Shown one piece after another: positions 17,731-27,862 of a stretch of DNA of 51,638 nt. This DNA comes from a virus (lineage: Duplodnaviria > Caudoviricetes). The number at the start of each line of letters is the position of its first letter. Within the stretch, counting starts at the first letter, position 1. Made by a program: the position numbers and the translations under genes. The stretch is taken from the IMG/VR virus record IMGVR_UViG_3300022862_000007, positions 1-51,638 of that record; one strand, 5' to 3'. A model generated the notes under the pieces. The model saw only the letters and a program-made list of their open reading frames with translations, made no database searches and had not been told where the DNA came from.

Positions 17731-17798
17731 ACTAAAACCTCCAAGAATTTTTATATAAATTATACATTTTTAGATTTTATTTTTAAAGAGGTGATATT

Positions 17799-18725
17799 AT
17801 GGCGCGGGTTCGTGATCCCAATCGCGATAAAGCACTAGAGATTTATATGCAACATGACGGTAAAATAACTAACCGTGCCATCGCGGAAATCTTGGGTGTA
17901 TCAGAAAAAACCATTGGTTCATGGAAATCTAAATCAAAGGATAATTGGAAAGGAAAATTAAACGGAGTACTCCAATCAAGCGAACGGAGTACTCCGATAA
18001 AAATACAATCGAAAAAAAGTAAAGAAAAAGTCGCCGAATCAGATGACATTTCCACTTTGGTAACAGAGGACGGATTAACTGATAAACAACGGCTTTTTTG
18101 TATGTACTATGTTCGGTCACTGAATGCTACAAGTGCATACAAAAAAGTGTATGATTGCAGCTATCAAGCAGCGATGGCGAACGGAAGTAGATTGCTAAGT
18201 AATGCTAAGGTGAAAGAAACTATTGCTGAATTGAAAAAGCAAAGGCTTGAGAGTCTTGATTTAGATAAATTTGATGTGTTAGAGAAGTATAAAGCTATCG
18301 CCTTTGCGGACATAACGGACTTCATTGATTTTACTCAAGTTGATTCGGAAGCAACAGAGACAACAGTTGAATATAATCCTGATGGCTCGAAGAAGTCTGA
18401 GAAAACAGAAGTAGTACCATATACGTATACAAAATTCTCTATGCATCATTCAGAAGAGATTGACGGCATGCTCATAACTGAATTGTCGAAAGGTAAAGAC
18501 GGCATGTTCAAAGTTAAACTTGCTGATAAGATGGCAGCACTTGCATTTCTTGCAAAGTATACGGATTTACTCAATGAAAATGAACGTAAGCAGTTGCAGA
18601 ATGAGCAAGCCAAGTTGAACATTGATAAAACAAAAGTTGAAATTGATAAACTCGAAAAACCTGATAGTAATAAGCAAGAATCGGAGATTGCGAAAATGTT
18701 ACGTCGCATGGCTGGTGAAGAGTAA
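17799..18725 (+). CDS. terS: Terminase small subunit
   Basis: N-terminal HTH (MARVRDPNRDKA), LTDKQRLFC..Y..SLNAT.AY and IAFADITDF. Confidence 0.92.
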   Translation: MARVRDPNRDKALEIYMQHDGKITNRAIAEILGVSEKTIGSWKSKSKDNWKGKLNGVLQSSERSTPIKIQSKKSKEKVAESDDISTLVTEDGLTDKQRLFCMYYVRSLNATSAYKKVYDCSYQAAMANGSRLLSNAKVKETIAELKKQRLESLDLDKFDVLEKYKAIAFADITDFIDFTQVDSEATETTVEYNPDGSKKSEKTEVVPYTYTKFSMHHSEEIDGMLITELSKGKDGMFKVKLADKMAALAFLAKYTDLLNENERKQLQNEQAKLNIDKTKVEIDKLEKPDSNKQESEIAKMLRRMAGEE

Positions 18726-19933
18726 TGGCTGAATTAACAAAAAAGCAACAGACCGTTATGGATTCGTACGTAAAAGAAAAACCAAAAATCATAGTCGCGA
18801 GTGGCGCAAAGCGAGCAGGAAAAACATTTGTGTTTATCTTGCTTTATTTAATGCATATTGCAAAGTATGAAGGACAAGGGTTATCTTTTATCATCGGTGG
18901 CGCTACACAAGCGAGTATACGACGCAACGTACTAGATGATATGGAAATGATATTGGGCAAAGAATTAAAGCTCAATAAGGCCAATGCTGTTACGATTTTC
19001 GGTAATAAAGTATATGTATTTGATGGGGCAAAAGCAGATTCATGGAAAAAGGCACGTGGTTTTACTGCAGCAGGGGCTTTCGTCAACGAAGGAACTGCAT
19101 TACATGACTCATTTGTAAAAGAAGTTATTTCACGTTGTTCTTACCCAGGGGCTAGAGTATTAATCGATACAAACCCAGAGAATCCTGCACACAGTATCAA
19201 GAAAGACTACATTGACAAAGATGGTCAGACTTTAGAAAGTGGTCGTTTGAACATTCGTGTATTCAATTTTTCTTTATTTGATAACGATAAATTAGATCAG
19301 GAATACATCGAGTCAATTGTAGCAAGTACACCTTCTGGTATGTTTACTGAACGCGATATTCACGGACGTTGGGTAGCTGCTGAAGGTATAATATATAGAG
19401 ATTTTAAAGAGAAAGTACATTATGTTTCTTTAGAAGAATTCAACAAAAAGAATATTGTGAAATATTTTGCTGGGGTTGACTGGGGATACGAGCACTTCGG
19501 ATCTATCGTTGTGCTGGCTGAAGATGACCAAGGCGATGTGTATTTGTGTGAAGAGCATGCTCATCAATATTATGAGATTGATGATTGGGTAAAGATAGCG
19601 AAAGATATTAAAGAGCGTTACGGCAATATCAATTTTTATTGTGATACAGCTCGACCAGAACATGTTGCACGTTTCAAACGCGAAAAAATACGAGCATTCA
19701 ATGCAAAGAAAGCAGTTGTTGCAGGGATTGAAGAAGTAGCTAGACGATTCAAATTGGAAAGATTATTTATTGTTCGTGATAAAGTAAAACGTTTTGAAGA
19801 TGAAATTTTTCAATACGTGTGGAATTCGAGCACAGGAGAACCAGTTAAATTATGGGATGACGTACTGGATGCTCTACGCTATGCGATTTATACGCATTAT
19901 TATAAAGAAATCATCACAGGGAAGAACCGATAA
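18725..19933 (+). CDS. terL: Terminase large subunit (PBSX family)
   Basis: Walker A SGAKRAGKT, FVNE, DTNP, GVDWG and DDVLDALRYA. Confidence 0.95.
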   Translation: MAELTKKQQTVMDSYVKEKPKIIVASGAKRAGKTFVFILLYLMHIAKYEGQGLSFIIGGATQASIRRNVLDDMEMILGKELKLNKANAVTIFGNKVYVFDGAKADSWKKARGFTAAGAFVNEGTALHDSFVKEVISRCSYPGARVLIDTNPENPAHSIKKDYIDKDGQTLESGRLNIRVFNFSLFDNDKLDQEYIESIVASTPSGMFTERDIHGRWVAAEGIIYRDFKEKVHYVSLEEFNKKNIVKYFAGVDWGYEHFGSIVVLAEDDQGDVYLCEEHAHQYYEIDDWVKIAKDIKERYGNINFYCDTARPEHVARFKREKIRAFNAKKAVVAGIEEVARRFKLERLFIVRDKVKRFEDEIFQYVWNSSTGEPVKLWDDVLDALRYAIYTHYYKEIITGKNR

Positions 19934-19945
19934 GGAGGTGGTACA

Positions 19946-21364
19946 GTGAACGAATACATTGCTTATATCGATGCGAAGGGTGTTACACCTCTATTACTTA
20001 ATAAGCTTGTAGATGAGACAAAGGCTGAACGAAACAAGCGACTACTAAACTACAACCGGTATAAAGCAGAACTATCTTCAGTACCGATTTTAACACGTAA
20101 ACCAACCGATTATGCGCAAGGTAATGATCATGTGGTTCGTGTTGACGACAAAGTAAACAATACACTTAATAACCCTTTAGACGCTGAAATAGTAGATACA
20201 AAAGTTGGTTACATGTTCGGTAATCCAATTTCATACGTAGTAGACAAACAAGCTCAAGGCCTTGATAAATTATCCGAGGCGATTGAGCTTTTTAATTTGC
20301 GTAATTCTGTTGATGATTTGGACAGCGAGTCAGGCAAGAAAACAGCTATTTGTGGCTATTCAGCAAGACTACTTTACATTGATACCGATGGAAATGAACG
20401 TGTTACAACAATTGACCCATGGGAAACTATCATTCTTTCTGAAACAGCAGACGTTAGTGAACCCAAGTATGCATTTAGATATTTCAAAAGCGCTGAACTA
20501 GATGCTGAGGGGGAAAAAGTAGAAATTGAGCAGCTGGTCTTTTACGATGCAACAACTGAAAAACTCTACACTCGAGCTGATACTGATTCACCTTTTGTAT
20601 TGAAAGATGAACGGAAGCACTTATTCGATTATTGCCCGTTATTCGGTGTTCCCAATAACGAGGAGTTGCAGGGTGATGCTGACAAGGTGTACAACCTCAT
20701 CGATGCTTATGACAGAACGCTATCTGATGCTTCAAACGAAATTGAACAGTTCCGATTAGCTTACCTGGTGCTTAAAGGAATGGGGATGGATGACGAAGAT
20801 GCGAAGAAGGTTGCTCGAACTGGCATCTTTGAGTTGATGGGTGAGAATGACGACATTAAATATCTAACCAAAGATGTTAACGACCAAATGATTGAGAACC
20901 ACTTGAATCGTTTAGAAGAGAACATCATGCGCCTAGCTAAGAGTATAAATTTCAGCGATGAATCGTTTGCAGGTAATGCAAGTGGCGTAGCTATGAAATA
21001 CAAATTAATGGCACTTGAGAACAAATGTAAGACGATGGAGCGAAAGTTCACGACTGCTCTTCGATATCAATTTAAAGTGCTATGTAGTGCATGGGCCAAG
21101 AAAGGTATTTGCTCAAAAGACGATTACTTGAAAGTTTGGTATGAATACAAACGCAACATTCCTATTGATTTGCTGTCCGAGGCTCAAGCTTCTCAAGCTT
21201 TAAAAGGGTTAGTGTCAGAACGTACTCGCCTTTCTAAGTTGTCAATTGTTGATGACGTAGAATATGAAATTGAAGAGATACAGAAAGATGCTCAATTGTA
21301 TGGAAATGAGCTTGAACCTTTGAACCAGGATAATGTAGATCCGAAAGAAGTTGATGAGTCATGA
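19946..21364 (+). CDS. Portal protein (SPP1 gp6-like)
   Basis: IVDTKVGYMFGNPI, LIDAYD..LSD..N and GNASGVAMKYKL. Confidence 0.95.
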   Translation: MNEYIAYIDAKGVTPLLLNKLVDETKAERNKRLLNYNRYKAELSSVPILTRKPTDYAQGNDHVVRVDDKVNNTLNNPLDAEIVDTKVGYMFGNPISYVVDKQAQGLDKLSEAIELFNLRNSVDDLDSESGKKTAICGYSARLLYIDTDGNERVTTIDPWETIILSETADVSEPKYAFRYFKSAELDAEGEKVEIEQLVFYDATTEKLYTRADTDSPFVLKDERKHLFDYCPLFGVPNNEELQGDADKVYNLIDAYDRTLSDASNEIEQFRLAYLVLKGMGMDDEDAKKVARTGIFELMGENDDIKYLTKDVNDQMIENHLNRLEENIMRLAKSINFSDESFAGNASGVAMKYKLMALENKCKTMERKFTTALRYQFKVLCSAWAKKGICSKDDYLKVWYEYKRNIPIDLLSEAQASQALKGLVSERTRLSKLSIVDDVEYEIEEIQKDAQLYGNELEPLNQDNVDPKEVDES

Positions 21365-22377
21365 ATCAACAGGAAATCAATCGAATCTTAGATGAACTGG
21401 AAGCTAAAGCTGAGAAGTATATTGACATTGTTTTTGCTAAACGCTTAAAGTCGATACTTAGTCAGATGTTAGAAATGCATCGTAAGTTTGGCAGAAATGG
21501 CGAAGCTACTTGGACTGATGTTAATAAGTACAACCGATTCAACCAAGAAATGAAGTTAATTGCTCAACAACTTAATGCTGATTACAAAGAGATTATTAAG
21601 ATCATACAAGCGTCAGAGGAACGTCTTTACATTGAAAGATACTTATTGATGGCTTATCTCTTACAACAGTCTACAGGTGAGGAAATGGGCTTTAAAATAC
21701 CATCCACTGAGGTGATACAAGCAGCATTAACTAATCCAGTTGAGTTTCTAACGTTGCCGAAGATATTTGAGACCCATAGAGATGACATTATCAGGCGTTT
21801 AAACATCGAGATTGCACAGAGTTTACAAGCTGGTGAAAGTTACACAGACATGGCTATCAGGATTGAGAATGCTATGGGATGGACGAGGAAGAAAGCTATT
21901 TTAGTTGCTCGGACAGAGGGTGGCCGAATTAGATCACAAGTTGATTTAGCAATTGAAGAACAAGCAAGCAAATCAGCAAAGCTTACTAAAGTATGGATAT
22001 CCTCACTTGATACCAGGGTAAGGAAGTCTCATAGAAAGCTAGACGGGCAGAAAGCTGATAAAGATGGTTATTTTCACTACGGTAAGTGGAAATCAAAAGC
22101 TCCAAGGTTATGGGGGATTGCATCGATGGATATTCAGTGCCGTTGCCATACGATTTACATGGTGAATGGCAAGTTACCGGAATACAGGCGAGGCAGAGAC
22201 TACATGGATGATACTTACCAAAAGCAATTGGCCGCACGTATTGATGCTTATATGTCTGATCAAGGGCTAACTTACAGACAAGCTTTTAACAAAGCGTATC
22301 AACAGGTTAAACCGCCGAGTGTAACGGTGCCATTTATGAGTTATGAAGAGTGGAAGAAAAAATTTAGTGCAAATTGA
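21361..22377 (+). CDS. Minor head protein (SPP1 gp7/MuF)
   Basis: ARTE, W.SSLD.RVR.SH..LDGQ and CRC; no toxin extension. Confidence 0.92.
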   Translation: MNQQEINRILDELEAKAEKYIDIVFAKRLKSILSQMLEMHRKFGRNGEATWTDVNKYNRFNQEMKLIAQQLNADYKEIIKIIQASEERLYIERYLLMAYLLQQSTGEEMGFKIPSTEVIQAALTNPVEFLTLPKIFETHRDDIIRRLNIEIAQSLQAGESYTDMAIRIENAMGWTRKKAILVARTEGGRIRSQVDLAIEEQASKSAKLTKVWISSLDTRVRKSHRKLDGQKADKDGYFHYGKWKSKAPRLWGIASMDIQCRCHTIYMVNGKLPEYRRGRDYMDDTYQKQLAARIDAYMSDQGLTYRQAFNKAYQQVKPPSVTVPFMSYEEWKKKFSAN

Positions 22378-22519
22378 AGTTTGAAAGTTTCTCAAGGGTA
22401 ATCAAAATCATTTTGTAATTAAGTAAGGAAAGTTATATAAGAATTTTAATCGTGTGGTAAAATAAACCATAATAATGTATTGAAATAACAAAAAAACATT
22501 TAATTAGGAGGTGGATTTT

Positions 22520-22741
22520 ATGAATGATAAGAAGAATAATAAATTACAAATTTTAGCGATATTGCTGATGATATCATTATTGGTTGGGGCATTTGTTATT
22601 TTTTACTTAGGTCATTACATGGTGGGTTCAGCTTTATTTGTAATTTTTATGCTTATTTTGAACGGTATTAGTAGTTGGAAGAAAATGAAAAATGATGAGT
22701 ACATTCATTTGAAAAATTATAAAAATAATGAGAAATGGTAA
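22520..22741 (+). CDS. Small two-TM moron protein
   Basis: AT-rich, own TGGTAAAAT -10 and GGAGGTGG RBS; between gp7 and the scaffold gene. Confidence 0.7.
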   Translation: MNDKKNNKLQILAILLMISLLVGAFVIFYLGHYMVGSALFVIFMLILNGISSWKKMKNDEYIHLKNYKNNEKW

Positions 22742-22946
22742 TTAAATTACTTATTCTGCTTTTTCAAAACTTGGTTTTTTCTCATGATATTAATCAAAAT
22801 TGTTATAAACCTACACAAGTCATTCACTTAGAATGGCTTTTTATTTTTGTCTTTCCTCTCGAAGACGTTATAAAGAACGAGAACAAATACACTATTGAAC
22901 AGTTTAGGGATTCATTCGAGTAACTAAATTGGGCAAGGAGGAAATC

Positions 22947-23618
22947 ATGAATCAAAATCCATTCAACTTAAAAACCTTAATACCTTTAGATATTCAAATG
23001 CTTGCAGGAGAAGGAGATCCTAATCCAGAGCCAACGCCTGAACCTACACCGGAGCCAGCATCAGGAGGAAACGGTCAAGGGGCTGCATTGACACTTGAAT
23101 CAGTTCAATCATTTCTAAATGACAATGATGAGGGTAAGAAATGGCTACAATCATTCGCTGATACTAGAGTAACTGATGCGATTAAAACGTACGAAACTAA
23201 AACTCTTCCAAAGAAATTAGAAGATGAGATTTCCAAGCGTTACCCACCAGAATCGGAGGAAGCAAAACAGTTACGTGACTTAAAAGCACAATTTGAGCAG
23301 TCTCAAAAAGAAGCTGCGCGTGAAAAGTTAGTTAATCAAGCGTTGTCTACTGCAACAGAAAAGAGTTTACCAGCAAAATTAGTAGAGTTTTTTGTAGGTG
23401 AGGATGCAGAAAAGACAACTGCTAATTTAGGCATCTTAGAAACTGAGTTTAATGCTGCTGTTCAAGCAGAAGTGGATAAACGCTTCAAAGATGGTGGAAC
23501 GCCACCACCACCAAAAGGCGGTCATCCTGCTGCATTGACGAAAGAAGCAGTGCTTAAAATGACTCCTGATGAAATCAATGCAAACTGGGATGAAATCGTT
23601 AAAAACAAATTACTATAA
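22947..23618 (+). CDS. Capsid scaffolding protein (DUF4355-like)
   Basis: PLDIQMLA N-terminus, PEPT linker and helical body; precedes the capsid gene. Confidence 0.88.
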   Translation: MNQNPFNLKTLIPLDIQMLAGEGDPNPEPTPEPTPEPASGGNGQGAALTLESVQSFLNDNDEGKKWLQSFADTRVTDAIKTYETKTLPKKLEDEISKRYPPESEEAKQLRDLKAQFEQSQKEAAREKLVNQALSTATEKSLPAKLVEFFVGEDAEKTTANLGILETEFNAAVQAEVDKRFKDGGTPPPPKGGHPAALTKEAVLKMTPDEINANWDEIVKNKLL

Positions 23619-23648
23619 ACCGATTATCGGTAAGGAGGAAATAATAAT

Positions 23649-24512
23649 ATGGCAATTACAAACTTTATTCCAACAATTTGGTCAGCTCGACTATTACACA
23701 ACTTACAAAAATCTTTAGTATTCGGACAAGCTGGTGTTATCAATCGTGATTATGAAGGTGAAATCAAGGCTTATGGTGATACTGTAAAAATCAATGGTAT
23801 TGGGGCTGTAACAATTGGTGACTATACTAAAAACTCTAATATGGGTGATCCAGAAGAGTTAACAGATCACACTCGCTCACTACAAATTACTGAATCAAAA
23901 TTCTTCAATTTCCAGATTGATGATCTTGATAAAATTCAACAAAACCCAAAATTAATGGATGCTGCAATGGCTGAAGCTGCTTATGCACTATCGAATGTTG
24001 CTGATCAATTTATTGCATCACATTATGTACATGCTACGAATACTATTGGTACTGATGCAACACCAATTGAAGTGACAAAGGATAATGCTTATGAATACCT
24101 AGTAGACCTTTCAACTAAGCTTGATGAATCAAATGTACCAACTCAAGGTCGTTTTGCTGTTCTACCACCTTGGTTTGAAGGTCTGTTATTAAAAGATGAT
24201 CGTTTTGTGGGTTCGGGAGCTCTACCAGCTGATGAGCGTTTATTAAATGGTGTTGTAGGACGTGCAGCAGGCTTCTTATTAATGAAATCTAACAATGCTC
24301 CTACTGTAGCAGCTGACACTGGAGTGGTTGCAAACTCAAAAATTATCGCAGGACACAATATGGCGTGGACTTACGCTGAGCAAGCAGCTCAAGTTGAGGG
24401 ATACCGTCCTGAAAAACGATTCGCTGATGCTGTCAAAGGATTGCACCTCTATGGTGCCAAGGTAACGCGTCCTGAAGCTCTAGCAGTATTATCAGCTAAA
24501 CGTCCACAATAA
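23649..24512 (+). CDS. Major capsid protein
   Basis: FIPTIWSARLL, NRDYEGEI..GDTVKI and FADAVKGLHLYGAKVTRP. Confidence 0.93.
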   Translation: MAITNFIPTIWSARLLHNLQKSLVFGQAGVINRDYEGEIKAYGDTVKINGIGAVTIGDYTKNSNMGDPEELTDHTRSLQITESKFFNFQIDDLDKIQQNPKLMDAAMAEAAYALSNVADQFIASHYVHATNTIGTDATPIEVTKDNAYEYLVDLSTKLDESNVPTQGRFAVLPPWFEGLLLKDDRFVGSGALPADERLLNGVVGRAAGFLLMKSNNAPTVAADTGVVANSKIIAGHNMAWTYAEQAAQVEGYRPEKRFADAVKGLHLYGAKVTRPEALAVLSAKRPQ

Positions 24513-24525
24513 GGAGGGGTTCTAC

Positions 24526-24681
24526 GTGTTTGTTAAAAACTTAAAAACAGAAATTACATGGGCGGTCACTGATGAACACGGTGCCCGTCTTTTACGTACC
24601 GAGGACTTTGAAGAAGTAGAAGCACCAAAGCCAAAACGTACTCCAGCTAAGAAGTCTGAAACAGACGAAACAGAAAAGTAG
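24526..24681 (+). CDS. 51-aa head-associated protein (absent from the ORF track)
   Basis: AAGGAGG RBS, GTG start, MFVKNLKTEITWAV...KSETDETEK*. Confidence 0.75.
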   Translation: MFVKNLKTEITWAVTDEHGARLLRTEDFEEVEAPKPKRTPAKKSETDETEK

Positions 24682-24689
24682 GTGATCTT

Positions 24690-25016
24690 ATGTGGGAACC
24701 AACACAAGAAGAAATAGATCAACTAAAGCAAATGAATAATGTGACAGGGGCTAAGCATGATGGATTTTACCGTGCAATAGCTCCTATTTTATTTGATGTA
24801 GCAAAAGACTATTGCAATGGTAAATGGGAACCGTTAGAAATGCCGCAGGGGGTTAGATTGTTCATTGCTAGAGCCATACAGTTTAATACCCAAACAACTG
24901 GTCTAAAAGGGCGTGTAATGGGGACTGTCTCGTATAGTTACGACACCGAGTTTCCTAAAGCCATTTGGACATATCTAAGGCCATATAAAAGGGTGAGATT
25001 CCATGCATTACGATGA
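24690..25016 (+). CDS. Head-tail connector (SPP1 gp15-like)
   Basis: MGTVSYSYDTEFP..IW.YLRPY; position. Confidence 0.88.
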   Translation: MWEPTQEEIDQLKQMNNVTGAKHDGFYRAIAPILFDVAKDYCNGKWEPLEMPQGVRLFIARAIQFNTQTTGLKGRVMGTVSYSYDTEFPKAIWTYLRPYKRVRFHALR

Positions 25017-25326
25017 ATTTCCTCATGAAGTTGAAGTTGTTCATAAACGTAAGGTATCTGATGGTGCAGGGGGCTTTAAAACAGAGTGGTCTCCTGTTGA
25101 TACCATTGAAGCATTTGTTGATACACCAACATCTAAAGAGAGATTATTGGCACATCAAGTACAAAATCCTCTAGATCGTTTTATGTATTACCCTTATCGC
25201 ATAGATTTAAAGTCAGATATGCGATTACGCTTTGAAGGTGAAATTTATGCTTTAGTTGGTCGTCCTGAAGATCAAGGTGGTCAACACGAAATCATGCGCG
25301 TGGCATTAAAGTTGGTGACGGAATAA
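25003..25326 (+). CDS. Head closure protein (SPP1 gp16-like)
   Basis: SDGAGG...W and P.DQGGQHE. Confidence 0.88.
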   Translation: MHYDEFPHEVEVVHKRKVSDGAGGFKTEWSPVDTIEAFVDTPTSKERLLAHQVQNPLDRFMYYPYRIDLKSDMRLRFEGEIYALVGRPEDQGGQHEIMRVALKLVTE

Positions 25327-25742
25327 TGGCTAGGATTACATTCGGAGGACGCGAGTTGCTAAGGGCAGCACGTAGATTTGAAGAAGGTCTATTGGATAAG
25401 ATATCTGACATTGTTTATGAGACAGCACGGCTTATACAAACGCAGGCTAAAGCTCTTGCGCCTGTTGATGATGGTAGCTTGCGAGATTCAATCGAAATGA
25501 AGATGCTTGGTAAATACAACGCTGTTGTTACTGTAGGTGTCCATTACGCTGTGTACGTGGAACATGGCACAGGAATATACGCTGAGAATGGAAATGGCCG
25601 TAGAACACCTTGGACATATTTCAGTACAAAGCTAGGGAGTTATGTAACCACTGAAGGTATGAGAGCTCAAAAATTTTGGGGTCCTGCTGTTGACGCTGGA
25701 AGGGATTATTTTGAAACAGAAATGAGGCGATTAGGCTTATGA
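25326..25742 (+). CDS. HK97 gp10-like neck/tail protein
   Basis: APVDDGSLRDSI and YAVYVEHGTG. Confidence 0.9.
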   Translation: MARITFGGRELLRAARRFEEGLLDKISDIVYETARLIQTQAKALAPVDDGSLRDSIEMKMLGKYNAVVTVGVHYAVYVEHGTGIYAENGNGRRTPWTYFSTKLGSYVTTEGMRAQKFWGPAVDAGRDYFETEMRRLGL

Positions 25743-26182
25743 CGAATTATTATGCCTTGCCTTACTTTGAATTACAGAAGGCTATTTTTCAAAAGCTAAC
25801 TGTTTGTGAATTACTAACGGCCATTACGAGAAAAGATGAATGGGACTTAGGTGTTTATGATGCAGTAGACGAAAACACACCTTATCCTTATGTGACAATA
25901 TCAGAGCCGTATTCATCACCGAATGACACTAAAACAAGCAATATCGAGACCATTACTTTCACCATTCATACGTGGTGGAAGGATAACGATGATTATAGTG
26001 GTAAACGTATTACTTATGAGATGTTATCTGCTTGTCAGAGAGCTCTAATGACGCGTAATTACGTTATTCCAAATGCGTCAGTCTTAAGAGTAGAAAGACG
26101 TGATTCAAGGGTGATAGATGATAATATGCCAGGGGTAAAGCATGGCATTTTAACAATGCAATATATAATACAAAACATTTAA
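25739..26182 (+). CDS. Tail terminator (DUF3168/SPP1 gp17-like)
   Basis: LQKAIF..L, VYD.V....YPYVTI and HGIL. Confidence 0.85.
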   Translation: MTNYYALPYFELQKAIFQKLTVCELLTAITRKDEWDLGVYDAVDENTPYPYVTISEPYSSPNDTKTSNIETITFTIHTWWKDNDDYSGKRITYEMLSACQRALMTRNYVIPNASVLRVERRDSRVIDDNMPGVKHGILTMQYIIQNI

Positions 26183-26224
26183 CAGTCCTGTGAGGCTGTT
26201 TTTATTTTAGGAGGGAAAAGCTAA

Positions 26225-27001
26225 ATGGCACGTTTAAACGGTAAAGACAGTCTATTGTTAGTGCAACCTACTAACAACGCATTGGCTGCTGATGGTTTTT
26301 TGATTGGAGATCAAACAGAACATACACATTCTTATGAGCGTGAGTTAACGGATGAACAAACGAAATTCGGGCGTATCTTAGGTCCAGGACAGTTGTCAGA
26401 ATCCTTGGATGTTACGTTTTATGGCAATACAGATGATCCAGGGCAAGTTGCTGTTCTTGACTCAATTGTGAAAGGAACACAACTTAAAATTTGGGAAGTC
26501 GAAAAGCTACTTAACAAAAATGGTAAGCATAATGCGCTGTTTGCATATACCTACGTAGAATCACTTGAAAAATCAGCGCCTACAGATGGATTTTTAGAGA
26601 TTTCAGCAACACTACAGGTTCTGAATACATCTAAACAAGGTGAATTAAATCCATTACCAGATGATGTACTGAACTTTGGTGATTATGATTTCGAGGCTCC
26701 GGGCGAAAAAACTGGTGAGTTTAATGGTGAAGAAACAACAACTCCTGTTGCAGTAACAGGTTTATCGGTGAATCCGACAACGCTAACTGTTGCTGTCGGT
26801 GATACAGGTAGCGTTGTAGCGAACGTAGTCCCGGTGAACGCGACAAATAGATTAGTGACGTTTACATCGAACGATGAAGCCATCGCAACAGTGAATGCGC
26901 AGGGTGTTGTAACAGGCGTTGCAGATGGTTCAGCTACAATTACAGTAACAACAGTCGATGGTGGATTTACAGCAACAACAGCAGTCACGGTAACTCTATA
27001 A
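26225..27001 (+). CDS. Major tail protein with C-terminal Ig-like (Big_2) domain
   Basis: TP901-1-like tube domain; VTFTSNDEAIATV..GVVTGV..GSATITVTT.DG. Confidence 0.92.
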   Translation: MARLNGKDSLLLVQPTNNALAADGFLIGDQTEHTHSYERELTDEQTKFGRILGPGQLSESLDVTFYGNTDDPGQVAVLDSIVKGTQLKIWEVEKLLNKNGKHNALFAYTYVESLEKSAPTDGFLEISATLQVLNTSKQGELNPLPDDVLNFGDYDFEAPGEKTGEFNGEETTTPVAVTGLSVNPTTLTVAVGDTGSVVANVVPVNATNRLVTFTSNDEAIATVNAQGVVTGVADGSATITVTTVDGGFTATTAVTVTL

Positions 27002-27067
27002 AGGAACGAAAGAGGGCTAACTGGCTCTCTTTTTTTAATGAAAACAAACAGAAAAGGATGATCATAA

Positions 27068-27571
27068 ATGGCTCAATTATTAATTGGTGAAAACACTCTT
27101 ACAGCGAAGTTTACTTTTGCTTTTAAAAATAAGGCGGATAAAGAATTCAATGATTTAGATGCACATGGTAACCGTCCAGGTGGATTTAATCAGATATATC
27201 AAGGCTTATTGCAATTTGATTTAGATGCTTTACGCGCATTTTGGATGTGTGGACTTGCTCATTTATCTAAACAACCTAGCAAAGCAGAAATTGAAGCAGC
27301 GTTAGAAAAACGAATTGAAGAAGATGGCGATGTAGAATCATTATTCAAAGAAGCTTTCCGAGAAATTGATGAATCGGGTTTTTTCAAAAAAGCTGTCAAG
27401 ACATATTGGGAGAACTTAGAGCTATTCGACAAGATTGCATCCGAGGAAGAAAAAGAACAAGCAGAAATGGGAATCGAAATGCTGAAAACAGCGAGAGCCG
27501 AATTATTAGAGAACAAACAGATCGAGTTAGCGAAATCCGACAAATCTATCGAGATGCAGCAAGATATTTAA
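27068..27571 (+). CDS. Tail assembly chaperone
   Basis: Between the tail tube and tape measure genes; ESGFF motif. Confidence 0.85.
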   Translation: MAQLLIGENTLTAKFTFAFKNKADKEFNDLDAHGNRPGGFNQIYQGLLQFDLDALRAFWMCGLAHLSKQPSKAEIEAALEKRIEEDGDVESLFKEAFREIDESGFFKKAVKTYWENLELFDKIASEEEKEQAEMGIEMLKTARAELLENKQIELAKSDKSIEMQQDI

Positions 27572-27849
27572 GGGTCTATGATCCAGAGTTAATTCTATCT
27601 TGGCGTCCCAGTGAGTTTAGAGCTTTCTTGGAAGGGGCTCAAGATGCTCGTATTGATCATTATCAAACATTGGCTGATGCAGCCATGTTTAATCGTGTAG
27701 CAACTAATAAGCCACGCATTAACCCTAAGAGCGACTTGTTTGATGCGGAGAAAGTAAGAAAGTCCTTGCATCATAAAGGACCTAACCCAGAGGTTAAGAA
27801 ACGCCAACATGCAAAAGCAATGGCAGCATTAAAAAATTGGAAGCCATAG
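27406..27849 (+). CDS. Second tail chaperone ORF, likely the -1 frameshift extension
   Basis: Overlaps the chaperone in the -1 frame with no clear RBS; W.P.EF...L.G motif. Confidence 0.65.
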   Translation: MGELRAIRQDCIRGRKRTSRNGNRNAENSESRIIREQTDRVSEIRQIYRDAARYLRVYDPELILSWRPSEFRAFLEGAQDARIDHYQTLADAAMFNRVATNKPRINPKSDLFDAEKVRKSLHHKGPNPEVKKRQHAKAMAALKNWKP

Positions 27850-27862
27850 AAGGGAGAATGCT

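Noticed and set aside
21361-22377. MuF-fused polymorphic toxin
   Set aside because: The protein ends shortly after the MuF domain with no toxin extension.
22735-22923. 62-aa ORF before the scaffold gene
   Set aside because: No RBS; crosses a terminator-like stem.
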